A stretch of 64,000 nucleotides of DNA from Lepidodermella squamata. Lineage: Eukaryota > Animalia > Gastrotricha. The notes below the pieces were generated by a model. The model saw only the letters and a program-made list of their open reading frames with translations. It had not been told where the DNA came from and made no database searches. The position numbers and the translations under genes were made by a program. Shown here in pieces: positions 23,122 to 35,756 of this stretch; position 1 is the first letter of the stretch; each line of letters starts with the position of its first letter. The stretch lies in assembly GCA_047495785.1 (NCBI GenBank), contig JBLDXI010000110.1, forward strand, positions 1 through 64,000, written 5' to 3'.

Positions 23122-23696
23122 GGATAGTAATCAAGTATGCCACTTGTGAATGGGATAAAAAAGTTCGGAGAAATATGGTCCAACCGGGTTTTGTTTTATT
23201 TATAGCATATTTTCGGCACCACACAGATGTTAACAGTGGTGGCCTAGATTGTTCATCTGATCGTTAAAAAATTCTATATTAACAACGTTAGGGAAGACGT
23301 CTCTCCGGATGTTATTCCATTCAGGGTAAAATTCCGCAAATTACCGAGCCAGTTACCATCGGGTTTTTCCGGGTTTTCTCCGGTAACTTTATTATTTATT
23401 CGGTTAAATCGCGAAAAAAAAGGTAAAATATTCTGTCAGTAAGCTTAGCTTAGTTTGGTTTTCTTAGCACGGACCGGTTTGGCTACGCAATTTTGGACCC
23501 GACGATATCTCTGAGCCTAGGTTTCAATTTTGTGAACAGGGACAACGTCGAGACAAAAACGAAGGAGTCAGATATTATTTCGATGTAAAGTTAAATTCTA
23601 TCGAATCTCCATTGATGTTATCAATTCCTTATTATTTGAAAGATATCTCGAAACGAAAGAGCCTGAATATGATTTTCTGTTTGGACTAATCGTAAT

Positions 23697-24209
23697 CTAA
23701 CGAAAATGTAACCAACCTTCGCCCTCCTCTTCCGCTTCGCTTTCCTCTTCGTTTTCTTCTTCGTTGACCGACAACAGGCTATTTGTGGAGGCAGAGTTTT
23801 CGATTTGATCAGCAGCAGTCTCGATACGACCCTGAATGAGAGCGGTACGAGCTGCGTTCAGCAAGCCCATGAGAGCGTCAGAATTGGTAATATCGAAGCT
23901 GAGGCCATCAAACTTGATGATGATCGACTTTTTCCGTTTTGCTGTGGATCTCTGTCCAGAACGGCTTTCATTCGATCGTTTTCTCTTAGCTTCCGACGGG
24001 GATTTTTGAGCGACGAAATTGAGCGAAACCGGCATTTTAAGGAGGACGCGCGCCCGAGACTGAATCTCAGCCAGGTCAACCACAGAGCTCGATACGATGT
24101 CTCCTAGCAACCTTCGCATCAAATCGACGTTTTCGCTGAATGCTTTCGCCCGGGGTAACACTGCTTCTTCGACTTCAACGTTAAATGCTTCATTAATATT
24201 TGATGCCAT
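23697..24209 (-). CDS. Unknown 170-aa protein with basic NLS-like clusters and an acidic tail
   Basis: Open ORF from ATG with KRKR and KRKK clusters and an E-rich C-terminus. TTTTTTCTTAG lies directly before the ATG, and a paralogous start occurs at 25592 (+). Confidence 0.5.
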   Translation of the reverse strand: MASNINEAFNVEVEEAVLPRAKAFSENVDLMRRLLGDIVSSSVVDLAEIQSRARVLLKMPVSLNFVAQKSPSEAKRKRSNESRSGQRSTAKRKKSIIIKFDGLSFDITNSDALMGLLNAARTALIQGRIETAADQIENSASTNSLLSVNEEENEEESEAEEEGEGWLHFR

Positions 24210-24494
24210 CTAAGAAAAAATCAAAATCTTAACTAGTCAGTATTTTCTTTGAAATCAAAGTGGTTCTTTTCAACCGTTTCACAGCAAATATTCAAGAGGT
24301 GATTTTCAATCAATAATTGACAATGAATAATCATATCAAAGCATGATCAATACAGCCATTGGATCAAGATGAAATTGTTCATTGAAAGCAAAACACTGCG
24401 ATGCCGTCAAAAATGGTCGGTATTTTGCATTCGAAATTTGTGGTCTGGCGTTGACGTTATTATAGGGCTGAATTGATTGATGTTCGAGTGGCGG

Positions 24495-25070
24495 TTATCT
24501 TTGTCGGATGTGGACGGTGCTGGTCCGGTTTATTGGCGGTGAAGCGATTCTGAACGATTCGGGCAAGCCTGACGTGCTTGGGGTACGTTTTCGCGGTACC
24601 GGCGTTGTAGTCGACGGCGTTGTACTTGCGGTCGTTGTAGTAGTCGGTGTTGTGGTGGGTGTCTGGCGAAGATCAGGCAATGGCGGCGGGCGGCCGCGAC
24701 GCAAATGAAGCAGGCGCCGTCTTGGCCGGCGCAGTAACCTTGGCAGCGCTCTGGGCCGACCGGGGGTCAAATGCGACCATCGCGAATCGCGCAACCAGGT
24801 CAACTTGAGGCGGTTGCTAAGGGCAAGGATATCATGGCCGGGTAAGTCGAATAAGCGAATATCGTAGGTAACAGGCGAAACCCGAGCCACGACGGGATAG
24901 GGACTCTTGTAGCGAGAGGCGAATTTCGTGATCACATCGGTCCGGTTACTTGGCACATTAAGGCAGTCGTGATCGCCGATATCAAACGGCTCGCAATTCC
25001 CTGAACTGCGGTTGTAGCGCTCTTTCTCCAGAGCACGGGCGAGTTGGAAACGAGTCCGAACGATGGGCTC
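24495..25070 (-). mobile_element. Gypsy integrase C-terminal (GPY/F) remnant
   Basis: EKERYNR...PFDIGD...KFASRYKSPYPVVARVSPVTYDI...NRLK. Confidence 0.75.
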
Positions 25071-25522
25071 CCACTACAAGATTTTCGGAAATCCCTGCAC
25101 CTTCAACAGCTAAAATCCAAGGGAAAATAATGAAAAAATTCCGAATTCCTCTGACATATACTTACGGCATCCATGCTGAAAACGACCCGCATGCTGGAAA
25201 TCACTTGGTTTTGAGCAGGTGGTAGAATTGTGGTTGATGTTGGAATTGTTCGCCGATTACCGCCTACAGGTGATTATTAATTATTTTGCACGAGTCCAAA
25301 TAATAAATCAATACTAATTAATTAATTCGGTTATCTCAAGAATTCGGCGTCTACGTTGACGAAAACGGGGCCCAGTTTATTTATGAGATTTTGCGTCTTC
25401 ATGCGTCGAAAGGACAACAATCGAGGTACGATCTTCGATGAAAGATACAAAAGCAACATTTTGAATTTTAAAGATGACTTGTAGCGGGTTGTAGTCGGAT
25501 CGATTGAATTCATTTTAATCGA

Positions 25523-25660
25523 TTGAAAAAACCGCGTGGTTTTGAAAATATACTGACTAATATACTGACTGATATCGATTTTTTCATAGACATGGCTTCA
25601 AATAATATCAACGAAGCTTTAAACGTTGAAGCTAAGGCGAAGAAGAGAAAAAACAGTTCA
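25523..25660 (+). pseudogene. Inverted partial paralog of the 5' end of the 23697-24209 gene
   Basis: MASNNINEALNVEA.AKKRK versus MASNINEAFNVEV...AKRKR, with similar upstream DNA. Confidence 0.6.
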
Positions 25661-26280
25661 AAAGCCGAAATCTGTGAAATCTATGCCAACAAAGTTACTA
25701 CGCATGCAACTTGCCATCTACCATGCTGTGGGAACCTGCGCATCTGTCTATGGGGAAGAATAAAGAAGACGTCGCAAAGGCCTTGCTCAGTGCAATTTTT
25801 AGAAACAACCCATAGCTTTTATCAGTTGAAAGCATCTAGCGTCTGATTGTAGTTCTTGCTGCGGTTTCCCATGATTTCTTCTTTTGTCGATGTAATATTC
25901 CTCTCCTCTGTGAAAAGGCTATCTTCATTCGTTGTACCCGTTTTCGAAAGTCGATGTCATCAATTTTAGGCTGATAGGTAGAACTTCTACCAATACGGTA
26001 TATTCAGTTTTTTAGAATAATGGACGTTTTATTTTAACCACACTCCACTTTATTTAATTCGGTAGAGAGGATCGTTTTAAGTTCTTAGGGTGTCTGAGCG
26101 CCCTGAGGAGGCTCTTTGTCGCAGTTTGCCGATTTCGGAAGCTCTTACTTGTTTTGTGACAAATTATGCTTTGAATAAAATAAGAAAAACTACCAACTGT
26201 CGAATTTTCCAAAACCTGTTTTCAGGATTATTATTGGTTTCTTTGTTTCTTTGATAGGCTTCTTTAGTGTTTTTTTAAAC

Positions 26281-27015
26281 ATGGATACGGCTGGCGAAGA
26301 CTTGGCGATGGTCGCTATCGAAGCCGCGAGAAACGGCAATGTGAAGACTGTGAAGCGCTTGCACGAGCAAGGCTTCGATTTCAGCTCCAGCTTCAATGGG
26401 AAAACAGTGCTGAACGAAGCGGTTTTGAGCGGAAATTTGGAAGCCATCCATTTTGTCCTCAAACATTATCCTGAAGGGCTGAACGCTGCGTCAGGTCGCT
26501 TTGGTGGCGGGACGCCCTTGAACTGCACGATCGGCATGTCGAACGAGCATGGGACGGAGCAAGCCCTGCGTGTCGTCCGCTTCCTCGTCGAGGAATGCCA
26601 TGCCGACTTGGAGGCACGCGATCATGACGGATACACACCTGTGGCTGTCGCTTGCTTTCAGGATTCCACGGCGACCCTTAGATACCTTATTGACCTGAGG
26701 GCCCGCTTCCGAGGCAGCAACCTGCTGCCCTTAGTGTGCGCGGAAGTTGGGTCCAAAAAATCCGCTCGCCTGATTTTGCGGAACTGCCCGGATTTATTGA
26801 ATCAAGTGACTGCGGGCGACGGAAAGACGGCACTAGAAATCGATTGCCGGCTCAAATTCCAAAGCGTAGTTGAATTCAAGGTCGATGTCCATGTCGGATC
26901 GCCTATTCTATCCTGCGCGGGTTCAGCGGCATGCGCGCAGATTCTGGTTGAAAATGGGGCCGACCTTGGAGAGACAGACGTCGGCGGCACCAACATTCTA
27001 CACTTACTGTTTTAG
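26281..27015 (+). pseudogene. Ankyrin-repeat gene, internally deleted copy
   Basis: AARNGNVKTVKRL, GKTVLNEAVLSGNLEAIHFVL, GGTPLN, DGYTPVAVAC, AQILVENGADL. It has a 12-nt deletion relative to the copy at 34.6 kb. Confidence 0.8.
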
Positions 27016-27625
27016 CGCAGACATTCCCACTTCGAAAATCATAGGTGTGGTCGATTTCGCCTAAGGTCTAGGTTTAGTTGGTTTAGGTCAATGCTAATAT
27101 TTCCCAGATTGAAAATTAGTAACGAATTTCAAAAAAATTGTTTTCTCAATTTTCCATTGGTGAGGAAAATTGCAGCCATCCATCATCTCAAATATTTTTA
27201 TTATTTTCCCTGTTTTTTAGCCCTAGCATTTCTTTCAAAGAAATCGCCCTTCTGCCCAAAAGAATGAATTCATCTGCTTCTTGCGATAAAAATTGAAAAA
27301 TAACGGAATTGGGTTCAAATGTAAGTCGTTTTGGCCTAGTTTCAGTCAAACCGATTTTGCCCGATTTCCGCATTTTTAATTTCCGATTTCTTGGAACCAT
27401 CGGATAGCCCGTGAAATTCTAAGCACGCCTTTTTGTCTTTTTCAAGGCATTAGGATAACGAAAACTGAAAATTTAAGGTGGATCTGTAGGGAATATAAAA
27501 TTCGAAATTTATGACTTAAACCGCATTGCAATACCGGTAAAACAATAGCTTTTGATGAACTCGATACTTGATTTTCACGATACTACTCTTCCCTTTACAG
27601 CGATCGAATAAAATAAAACGCATAC

Positions 27626-27945
27626 CTTGCATTCAGCAGCGTAAGATGGGACGCGACACGATTGACGACCGACAGACTTGCGTACGCTCTGCCTCTCTTC
27701 CAAGCCCATCGCAAATCCACCTTCTCTGCATCTGCCTGCTGACGTTCCATATTCTTCCAGTCCACCCTTAGAGAGGCCGAGTGCCATATTGACCATAGAA
27801 AGCGCTGAAATGAGTGGGTGTTGTCGTGAAAAGTCGACCACGGCTTCGATCGACGGCGACTGGGGTTCGTCAGACTCGCGTTTGCCGTCGTAATACCCGT
27901 CATCATCATCGGCCGTTTTCTGCCACTCGGTAATTACTTTCGAAT
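27626..27945 (-). pseudogene. Degenerate second copy of the myotubularin/FYVE exon
   Basis: DNA is similar to 35757-36130 (ESDEPQSPSIEAVVD; CRSCRVP...AE.K|GTA). Confidence 0.75.
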
Positions 27946-28089
27946 TTTGATCATCGTGGTTAAGGAAGAACCGCTATGGCAGGCGGTGGACTTCCAACTA
28001 ATCGGTCAGAGATGATGAGAATATAGCGCATTCCTTGACGAGACGTGGGGTAAAAGCCGGCTAAGCCCCAGAACAGAAGCCCATTCACG

Positions 28090-28910
28090 TTATGCGAAAA
28101 GATGGGCTCCATTAGGCGCTATCACATCTTTGCTACGCTGCTTCTGATTGAGATGAAGGCGATGTTTCTTATAGCGACGCCAATGATCGGTGGCTGGCGC
28201 TGAAATTAAAACAGGGCGCATCAAGTTAACACAACACCAGGGCGTGAGAGAGCGGAACGGGTCGCCCTCCTGGTACGCGTTTTTGTCGACTACAGCGTCG
28301 TCATCAAAAGTGAGATCGGACACATCGCATGAGTCGAGCCGCGGCGAGTTATTATATTCAGCGTAGTTGTGTAGCTTGATAATCGACCTCCGGTGTCCTT
28401 CCAGGTATTCAAAGCGCGAAGAGCAGCGGCGTCAGTAATAGCGGTGGTAATTAATTGAATTCAAACCCGGCGAGATTTATAGGATTAATCTGCTTCAGCC
28501 GGTACAAAACGGCAATAACTTCACGTTTACGGCTAAAAAGTTGCACACGGCAGATTTGAAAACCGAAAGCGACTGGTCGGCGAGTAACATCGTCTTGGTC
28601 TTCGAGAGCGCCACCCAGACCGGACGCATCAGTCGGTAAAATACATTTCTCGTCCAATAAGACGAAAGGCCAAACATGGCGGCCTTTGAGCTCAATGAAA
28701 GCATTTTCAGCATCCTCATTCCAGTAGAAGTAAGAAGCTACCACCATCGCAAAATTCTTGATAAAACGTCGATAATAAACGGCTAATGAGGTAAAAGCTC
28801 CAAGTTTGCTAACCACCGTAGGGACGGGAAAATTCTGGACCTTCGAAACACGGTCGCGAGAAATAGATAAAGAATCCCGGCTAATAGAGTGACCAAGATA
28901 GGCGGTAGAG
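28090..28910 (-). mobile_element. Decayed Gypsy pol (RT end, RNase H)
   Basis: YLGHSIS...NFPVP...YYRRFIKNFA...WNEDAENAFIELK...TDASG...RPVAF. Confidence 0.8.
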
Positions 28911-29713
28911 CCAATGGTTGAGCCAATGGTTACATGATGAAATCCTCCTTAAAGACATTTTTAAACGAATATCCATGTGATCGAAAAAATTGAGCGAGCA
29001 GTCAACGGAAAGAGACTACGTCAATGTCTCATTGAGATGACGAGACAATCTCAAAGCTTTGGAATTGTTCAAATCGATCAAGTTCGAGATTCAAACGTCG
29101 GTTAAAAACGAAGTTTGTCATGGGTTTGTATTAAATTGGGGACCAAGCCAGATATTAGCCATCAAATCGCAAGCTTGTTCAGGTAGTTGTAACGCTAGCC
29201 AGGCATTGATAATCCGTCAAATCCGCAATATTTTCACGATCGCTGAGGTCGACATCGGTACCAGGAGCCATAATAGAACGGTAAAGCGAACCATAATTTT
29301 CAGAATCGCATAATGACGAATAGCGCTTTTGAAATTTCATTAAACTGGGACAAACATTTTCCGGTCGAAAAATTTGGCCACCAAAGATGATTTGAGCTCA
29401 AACCATGACGCCATCATTCGACTTTGCTATATCGACCTTTGCCGAAATACTCGGCGCATTTTCAAACCACAGTCAATAATTATCACCAGCGTACATGGAA
29501 AATGAGTCGCCAGCGGAATTCGTAGTAGTGCACTGGAGTTTCTAGCCGTGAAATTACCGCCGATTAGTATTCCGCGTCGTTTTCCAGTCTTCCGTCAACA
29601 CTGCTTTCCTCCTTGAATAAAGGGCCATTGAAACATTCGTTGCAGCTAGTTAATCAAAAATTGATAGCATTTTGAGGTAAGAAATAATTTTCAAATTCTC
29701 ACTTGCAGAACTT

Positions 29714-31564
29714 TCAGCTGTACAACATGCGTGCAATAAAGTCGTTCAACATTTTGATGACTTCGATCTTCTTCCTCTTCAGCGCCAAGTCGTAAGCGGT
29801 TAACCCAGCCGAATCAGTGGTGAGAAATAACCCGGGCATTCGACTGAGAGCAAAGCTGACCACGTCGACTGATCCACAAGCACAAGCAATATGGCACAAC
29901 GTTTGGCCCAAATTATTTGTGGCTCGATTGTTTGCCCCGGCAGAAGCCAAATACTTGAAGACACGGATTGAATTCTTCTCCGCAGCCAGCAGGAGAGGAG
30001 TTATAGTTTCCTTGGAACAGCACTCTAACTTGGCGCCATATTGCACTAAGATCTTAGCCGCATCGATATTGTCATGAGCGGCAGCTTCATGAAGAGGCGT
30101 CCGTAATGTACGGCCTTGCATGGAATTGACTAGATCTGGGTAAGCTTGAGCTAGGAATCCCGGCGTTTTCTTGCAGTTGTGCGAAATAGCAGCATGCAAG
30201 ACTGTCGCTTTGCTACTCGTCCTAGCATTAATTTCAATGTTGAATTTAGCGATGATGAATTTAAGCAGGTCGACGTTATCCGAGCAGGCTGCGGCGTGAA
30301 AAACTCTGATACCATTTTTGGTCCAGAGGGCAATTCTTCGCTTCTCATTTGGTGACAAGTTACCCAGTGCTGATTGCAGTTGTTTGAAATGGGTCAAATT
30401 GCCTTTCATTGCGGCCTCGTGCAACTTCGGCAGCAATTCATTCACGTCAACGGAAGGTTTTATAGCCGCCGCAGTGATAGAAAACGATTTCGATATATCT
30501 TCCACATTTCGCTCTTCGCGCTTTTTGGCTTGAACCCTGGCATTTTGAACGATTTCAGGAACCTGCCTCGTCGACTTCGACTTCGACTTCGCTATCCAAA
30601 CAAGAGCACTTTCAAGTGGCGAAGTTGAAAAGCTCTCGATGAGCGGATTCGGCAGGATTTGCTCCGAGCCAATAGTCAACTCAATCGAAGACATTTTCGA
30701 ATCGAAATCGTTCAATTCCCTCAGCAATTCATCGTGCGTAGAAACAAGACGATAGAGATCTGAGACTTCGTTCAAATTCATGTTAAAAGCGGATTTCTCT
30801 CGAAAACTCTTCACGAAATCATCGCTCCAGGAAGTTTCACATAACTTGGCGGATATCTCTTTCAATTGACGAAGTTTATCCGTAGTCGCAGCTTCAATCA
30901 ACTGATTTAATCGCCGATATTTGTCATTCATTATCGCTTCCAATTTTTTCGCAATTTCCTTGCATGCCAAGCCAGCTCGAATTTTCGTTAGATTGCTGTT
31001 ACCTTCGATGGTTTTCCGAACTCTTTCAAGCGTCTCACAAGTATTCGGACCCGAATAACTCGTTTTCTATGAAAAATCGGAGGTGCATAGAAAATAAAAT
31101 GACAAAAATAAAACCAACCTCGTTAATAACCGAAAGAATTTCGAGCTTAATTCGCTCTTTGTGGGCAATTTCACAGCGACTGCAGAACTTCGAATCGCAA
31201 TGACTGCACCAGTTACCCAGCGGGCTTGAATGCCAACAAAAGCGACCAGTTTCGGCGGGGCTTGACTTGCCAGAATCATTATCGCCATCGAAATTCTGAA
31301 GGCTTCGACAGTTCTCTGCAATTTCGAATTTGTCAACAAATTAAACGCGTCACCATCTAGCCAGTTGGTTTTTCGACATTTTGAACAGGTAACTTCGCCA
31401 TCTTCTGAGGCAGCAGATTCGATACAACGAAGGCACATTGAGTGACCACATAATGGTAAAATTTTCGGAAATTTAAACAAATCGCAACAACTTTGACAGG
31501 TCAAGGCGCTGATAAGCTCCGAATCGGCAGCGGAAGATGATAACAAAGCCGTAGGCGAGATCAT
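29714..31564 (-). CDS. RING-B-box-coiled-coil-ankyrin (TRIM-like) gene, 2 exons (31564-31119, 31066-29714), one frameshift near 31290-31310
   Basis: C3HC4 RING (CQSC..CGHSMCLRC..CSKC). In the shifted frame, B-box-like CWH......WCSHC....CSRC...H. A 52-nt phase-0 GT-AG intron joins to a 450-codon exon with a helical region and about 6-7 ankyrin repeats (TPLHEAAAHDN, TPLLLAAEKN). Confidence 0.8.
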
Positions 31565-32400
31565 TTTATTTCAAAAAATATTCAGCCTAGATGAAAAAAA
31601 TTAGCAGTTGTTTTAATAATTTTTTTAATAGCCGAAATCACAGTAAATTTTTCAACTGAAAGGTTAGAAAGTGGCATTTCGATATCAGCGAGTTGGATTT
31701 TTAACAGAAAGACCGAGTGGTTTAGAAGAGCAGAATTCTTAATACAAAGTCAATAGTTTTTCAGGGAGAAATAAAACGGCATCTGATACCACGTTATCTC
31801 TAATCAACCGCCGCATCCTAATTATGGCATTTTCGAACTCAGAAAGCCTCATGTTAGCTTTGAAAAGTGAGGCCAGGTCATTTGTTGCCTCTAAGGCACG
31901 AGATTTACTGATTCAGAAAAAAACACATCGCATCACCGGAGATTTGCTGCCTCGCCTAATGAACGTAATTAAACAATTAATTCGAACAATAAAAACGAGG
32001 AACTGATTAAAAAGAGTAAAAGAAGTGATATGAGACATAAACGCAATTTTTTTTCTTTTATTCGCTGGTCGAAAATTGGTAATATTTTTTCATCATTCGA
32101 AAGAAAATGTTCAATACACGCAGGCCTAGTTAGTATTCACCGAATTCTCAATTATTGAGTGCCTCAGCGGGCAGATTTCCCAGTCGAAGCGCAATTTTTA
32201 GCCTCAATTCGTTCTTCGTGGTTCAATTCTCGGTGACATTTGCTCGGCGCCAGAGGATACGGTGGAAAAATCGGCAGTTTTTTACTTTCTCCCAGCTTAA
32301 ACAGAATAGAGATATAAACGACAGAGAAATTCCTGCATTTTGCCGCAGTTAAGTGTCAAGTTAAACGCACGAATATCAAAAAATACAACCAAACGTGATC

Positions 32401-32870
32401 TACCGCATTTTATCGAATAGTATCCAACCTCAAATAATAACGCCCTCGAATAATAGCCCCAAAAATTAACTGAAATATTGAGTCTAGAGGTTAATAATAG
32501 CCCACCTCGAATAATAGCCACATAACAATAGCGATAGGCCCATGATCAGCTGATGGATAAAATGGGGAAGGCGTCTAGCGTTCAAGAAGATGTTAAAGGA
32601 CAAAGACAGGAAAACTGCGGCAACAAAAACGATAGCGACAGCAAATTCAAGCTTGGCTGCAGCGACGCAGATAATGGGTGCATATTTTATCAATGTCGTG
32701 TGATTAAGGTGTTTAAGTGATGATGTGACGTTCCAGGATGAATAATAGCCTGCCTTGATTAAAAGCCACCTCGAATAATAGCCCGATTTTTCCCACCATT
32801 TTTCGAGTTCGGAAACAAATAGTATCCCAGGATATTATTCGATAAAATTCGATAAAAATAAAATACGGTA
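32401..32870. mobile_element. Tc2/pogo-like MITE (orphan ends of the same type at about 12914-12944 and 15505-15540)
   Basis: TA|CCGCATTTTATCGAATAGTATCC at the left and GGATATTATTCGATAAAA...AAAATACGG|TA at the right, with internal GAATAATAGCC repeats. Confidence 0.75.
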
Positions 32871-33829
32871 TACTCTAAGACAGTGCGTACGCAAATGACG
32901 GACAAGCAAGTTTACAAGCTAGGCGATCAAGAAATAACGGCGAAAAGATCGAGCATCGAAAAAGAAGAAAACAGGGATACATTCGAGGTCTTGCGAGCAC
33001 AATAAGATTCGATTTGAACTTAAAATAAAATAATTTTCAACGCGTTATCACACAAAATAAAGGATAGAGGATACCACCACACTCAATCTTTCGAAGGTTA
33101 TTTCGATAACAATTTCGAGGGAGAACGACTTCCTTCATTTCTTTCGTCATTTTTACAGCAATTGAGAATTTCATTAAAAATGCATTTTTCAGATAAATTT
33201 TGGACACGCGCACCTGAGCGATTTTAGAGTAAAAAAATAATTTCGAATTGAGCCTTTTATTATCAAGTGAAAATTCCCTCATCAACTACAGCCAAAACTA
33301 CACGAAATTACAAAAACAGTAAGAAAAGAGAGCAATGGCTTCACAATTCTCGAAGGAGGTCATGTCAAAAATATTTCGAATATTATTCAGTAGGCCAACA
33401 CAGGCGTTTAAAACGCGAAAATGTATGTTCTAGGTACAACATTAAAAACCAAGAGAAATGAGGCTTTTAGTTCGCACATTCTTCCAAGCAGTTGAGCAGT
33501 ATGGATGCGGTCAGAAAACGGAGAATTCCAATATTGAACAGTCATCGGATTTCGAAGGGGCGCGTTCCCAGACGGCTTCGCTTTGATTATCTCCAGAAAG
33601 TTTGGCAAGTTCTCAATTTTAGCCGGGATTTGTGAATGAAACGCCACTTTCAGCAGTTACCATGAAATGCATGTCGAGTCGAAAAATCCACCTCCCGAGT
33701 CGAGTGCCAAATCGACGAATGAGCTAAAATGAAAAGTATACAAATTAATAAGTGGCTTTTAAATTATTCAAAGTTCAAAATTTCCAATTTTCAATTTTCA
33801 ATAACAGTATACCAAATACATATACTTGG

Positions 33830-34560
33830 CGAGCAACTCGCCAAGCCTATTATTGCTAAATGCGTCGCAGAGCGACGAGGCCCTACCCTAGCGGATCTCA
33901 ATGAGCTCGAGCAGAGGGAAGCCGACCTTCGCCTCTTGCCTGTGCGCTTTCTGGACCGGCACGGCAGAACCCGTCGGGCAGTCCTGAGCTACTGCCGCGA
34001 AGCTTATCTCAACCGACGAGTGTCTCTTGCCTGTGCGCTTCGGGTGCAGCTAAGCTACTAAACCTCAACAAAACTTAATAAGGCTCCACCAATATATATA
34101 TATATATTTTTTTAATTGTTACTCCAGAAAAATTCAGCCGTCCCCGGTCGCACGTTCATGGACTAACGAGGAGAAGCGATGCATTCCTCAATCGTAGGGA
34201 CGTGGCGGTGGCCAGGGCCCGTCAGCGGGAGCTGGACCAGCAAGTCGCCAGGTTGGCGGCAGAGCACGCCGAACTCGGTGACGTGGCCGATGCGGTGGCA
34301 CATGCTGCGGAGGACGCTTGGGCCCAGTTCCAGGCTAATCCCAGCTAAACCCGTCTGTACCTGTTACGCCGCTTGGAAGAACAAGCTCGACTCCGAGCAT
34401 TACAGCCTCGGCGGATACTTGTTCGCAAAAAACTCAACAAAACTTATTCTCAACGAAAGAAGTGGCCATAATGAGCGAGGAGTATGAGAGGCTTGACCGC
34501 GTGGCTGCACGCAGCTACTTGTTCTCCACAAAACTTAATAGGGCGGGCTACAAGCTCCAC
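33830..34560 (+). pseudogene. Fragments of an unknown coiled-coil gene family (paralog of 36661-37580)
   Basis: PIIAKCVAERRGPTLADLNELEQREADLRLLPVRFLDR.GRTRRAVLSYC.EAYLNRR and downstream segments are similar in DNA to 36765-37235. Confidence 0.7.
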
Positions 34561-34638
34561 CAAGATCTCTTTTTTTTTAATAAATTTTATAAATTTTGTC
34601 CTTTTGAAACCACGATTTTTTTCATACATTTTTTTCAG

Positions 34639-35115
34639 GTCGTTTTGAGTGGAAATTTGGAAGCCATCCATTTTGTCCTCAAACATTATCCTGAAGGGCT
34701 GAACGCTGCGTCAGGTCGCTTTGGTGGCGGGACGCCCTTGAACTGCACGATCGGCATGTCGAACGAGCATGGGACGGAGCAAGCCCTGCGTGTCGTCCGC
34801 TTCCTCGTCGAGGAATGCCATGCTGACTTGGTGCCGTCATGACGGATACACCCCTGTGGCTGTCGCTTGCTTTCAGGATTCCACGGCGACCCTTAGATAC
34901 CTGATTGAGAGGGGGGCTGACCAGAGGACCCGCTTCCGAGGCAGCAACTTGTTGCACCTAGTGTGCGCAGAAGTAGGTTCGAAGAAGGCCGTTCGCCAGA
35001 TTTTACGGAACTGTCCAGGTTTATTGAATTAAGTGACTGCGGGCGACGGAAAGACGGCACTAGAAATCGATTGCCGGCTCAAATTCGCAAGCGTAGTTAA
35101 ATAGCTAACCGAGGA
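34639..35115 (+). pseudogene. Ankyrin-repeat pseudogene, duplicate of 26422-26872
   Basis: Long near-identical DNA, with a frameshift near 34835 and stops at 35030 and about 35102. Confidence 0.9.
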
Positions 35116-35756
35116 AGTCGCCCATGAAAACGGCGCGCGCACGATGGCTAGGAGACATTAATCGGTACTCGGTACAAAAATCAGGTTGTGCCACGAAGCG
35201 AGACGTGGAGTTTTCAACAGCTTTTGCAATTTTTTGGTTCTAACTTCACTACCCAATAATTATTTCTGAGCCTTAATTTAGGACAAAACCCGGATGGGAT
35301 TCAACCAATAACTCCTTCTTAAATTTGTACTTGAAGACGAGCAAAATATGCCCGTGCTCTCATTCAAACAAAAATTCGTGCGCAAAAATTCAAAACGTTA
35401 GAAGGATTTCAATTCGAATAGGTGAAAATGTTACCAATTAAATTAAGTGAATTAAAATTTCGGGTACAAATTTGTATAATTAAAAAATTAAGTGACCGCG
35501 TCGAATTGCAATTTGCATCTCTTTTTTTTTATAAATTTTTATAAATTTGTTTTAAGAGACGCGAGAACAAGAAATACGGCGCCCAAATTAAGTGACCGCG
35601 TCGACTTGCAATTTGGCGAATTTTATCTTGGGCCATAAAATCGCGAGGTAAAAAATTTCAAATAAAATTTTCCAGGAAAAATGAAGATAATTTTGAAAAA
35701 TCGAAATGGAAATTTTCGCATAACAGTTCACGGCGAATCAGGGATAAAACACGTAC

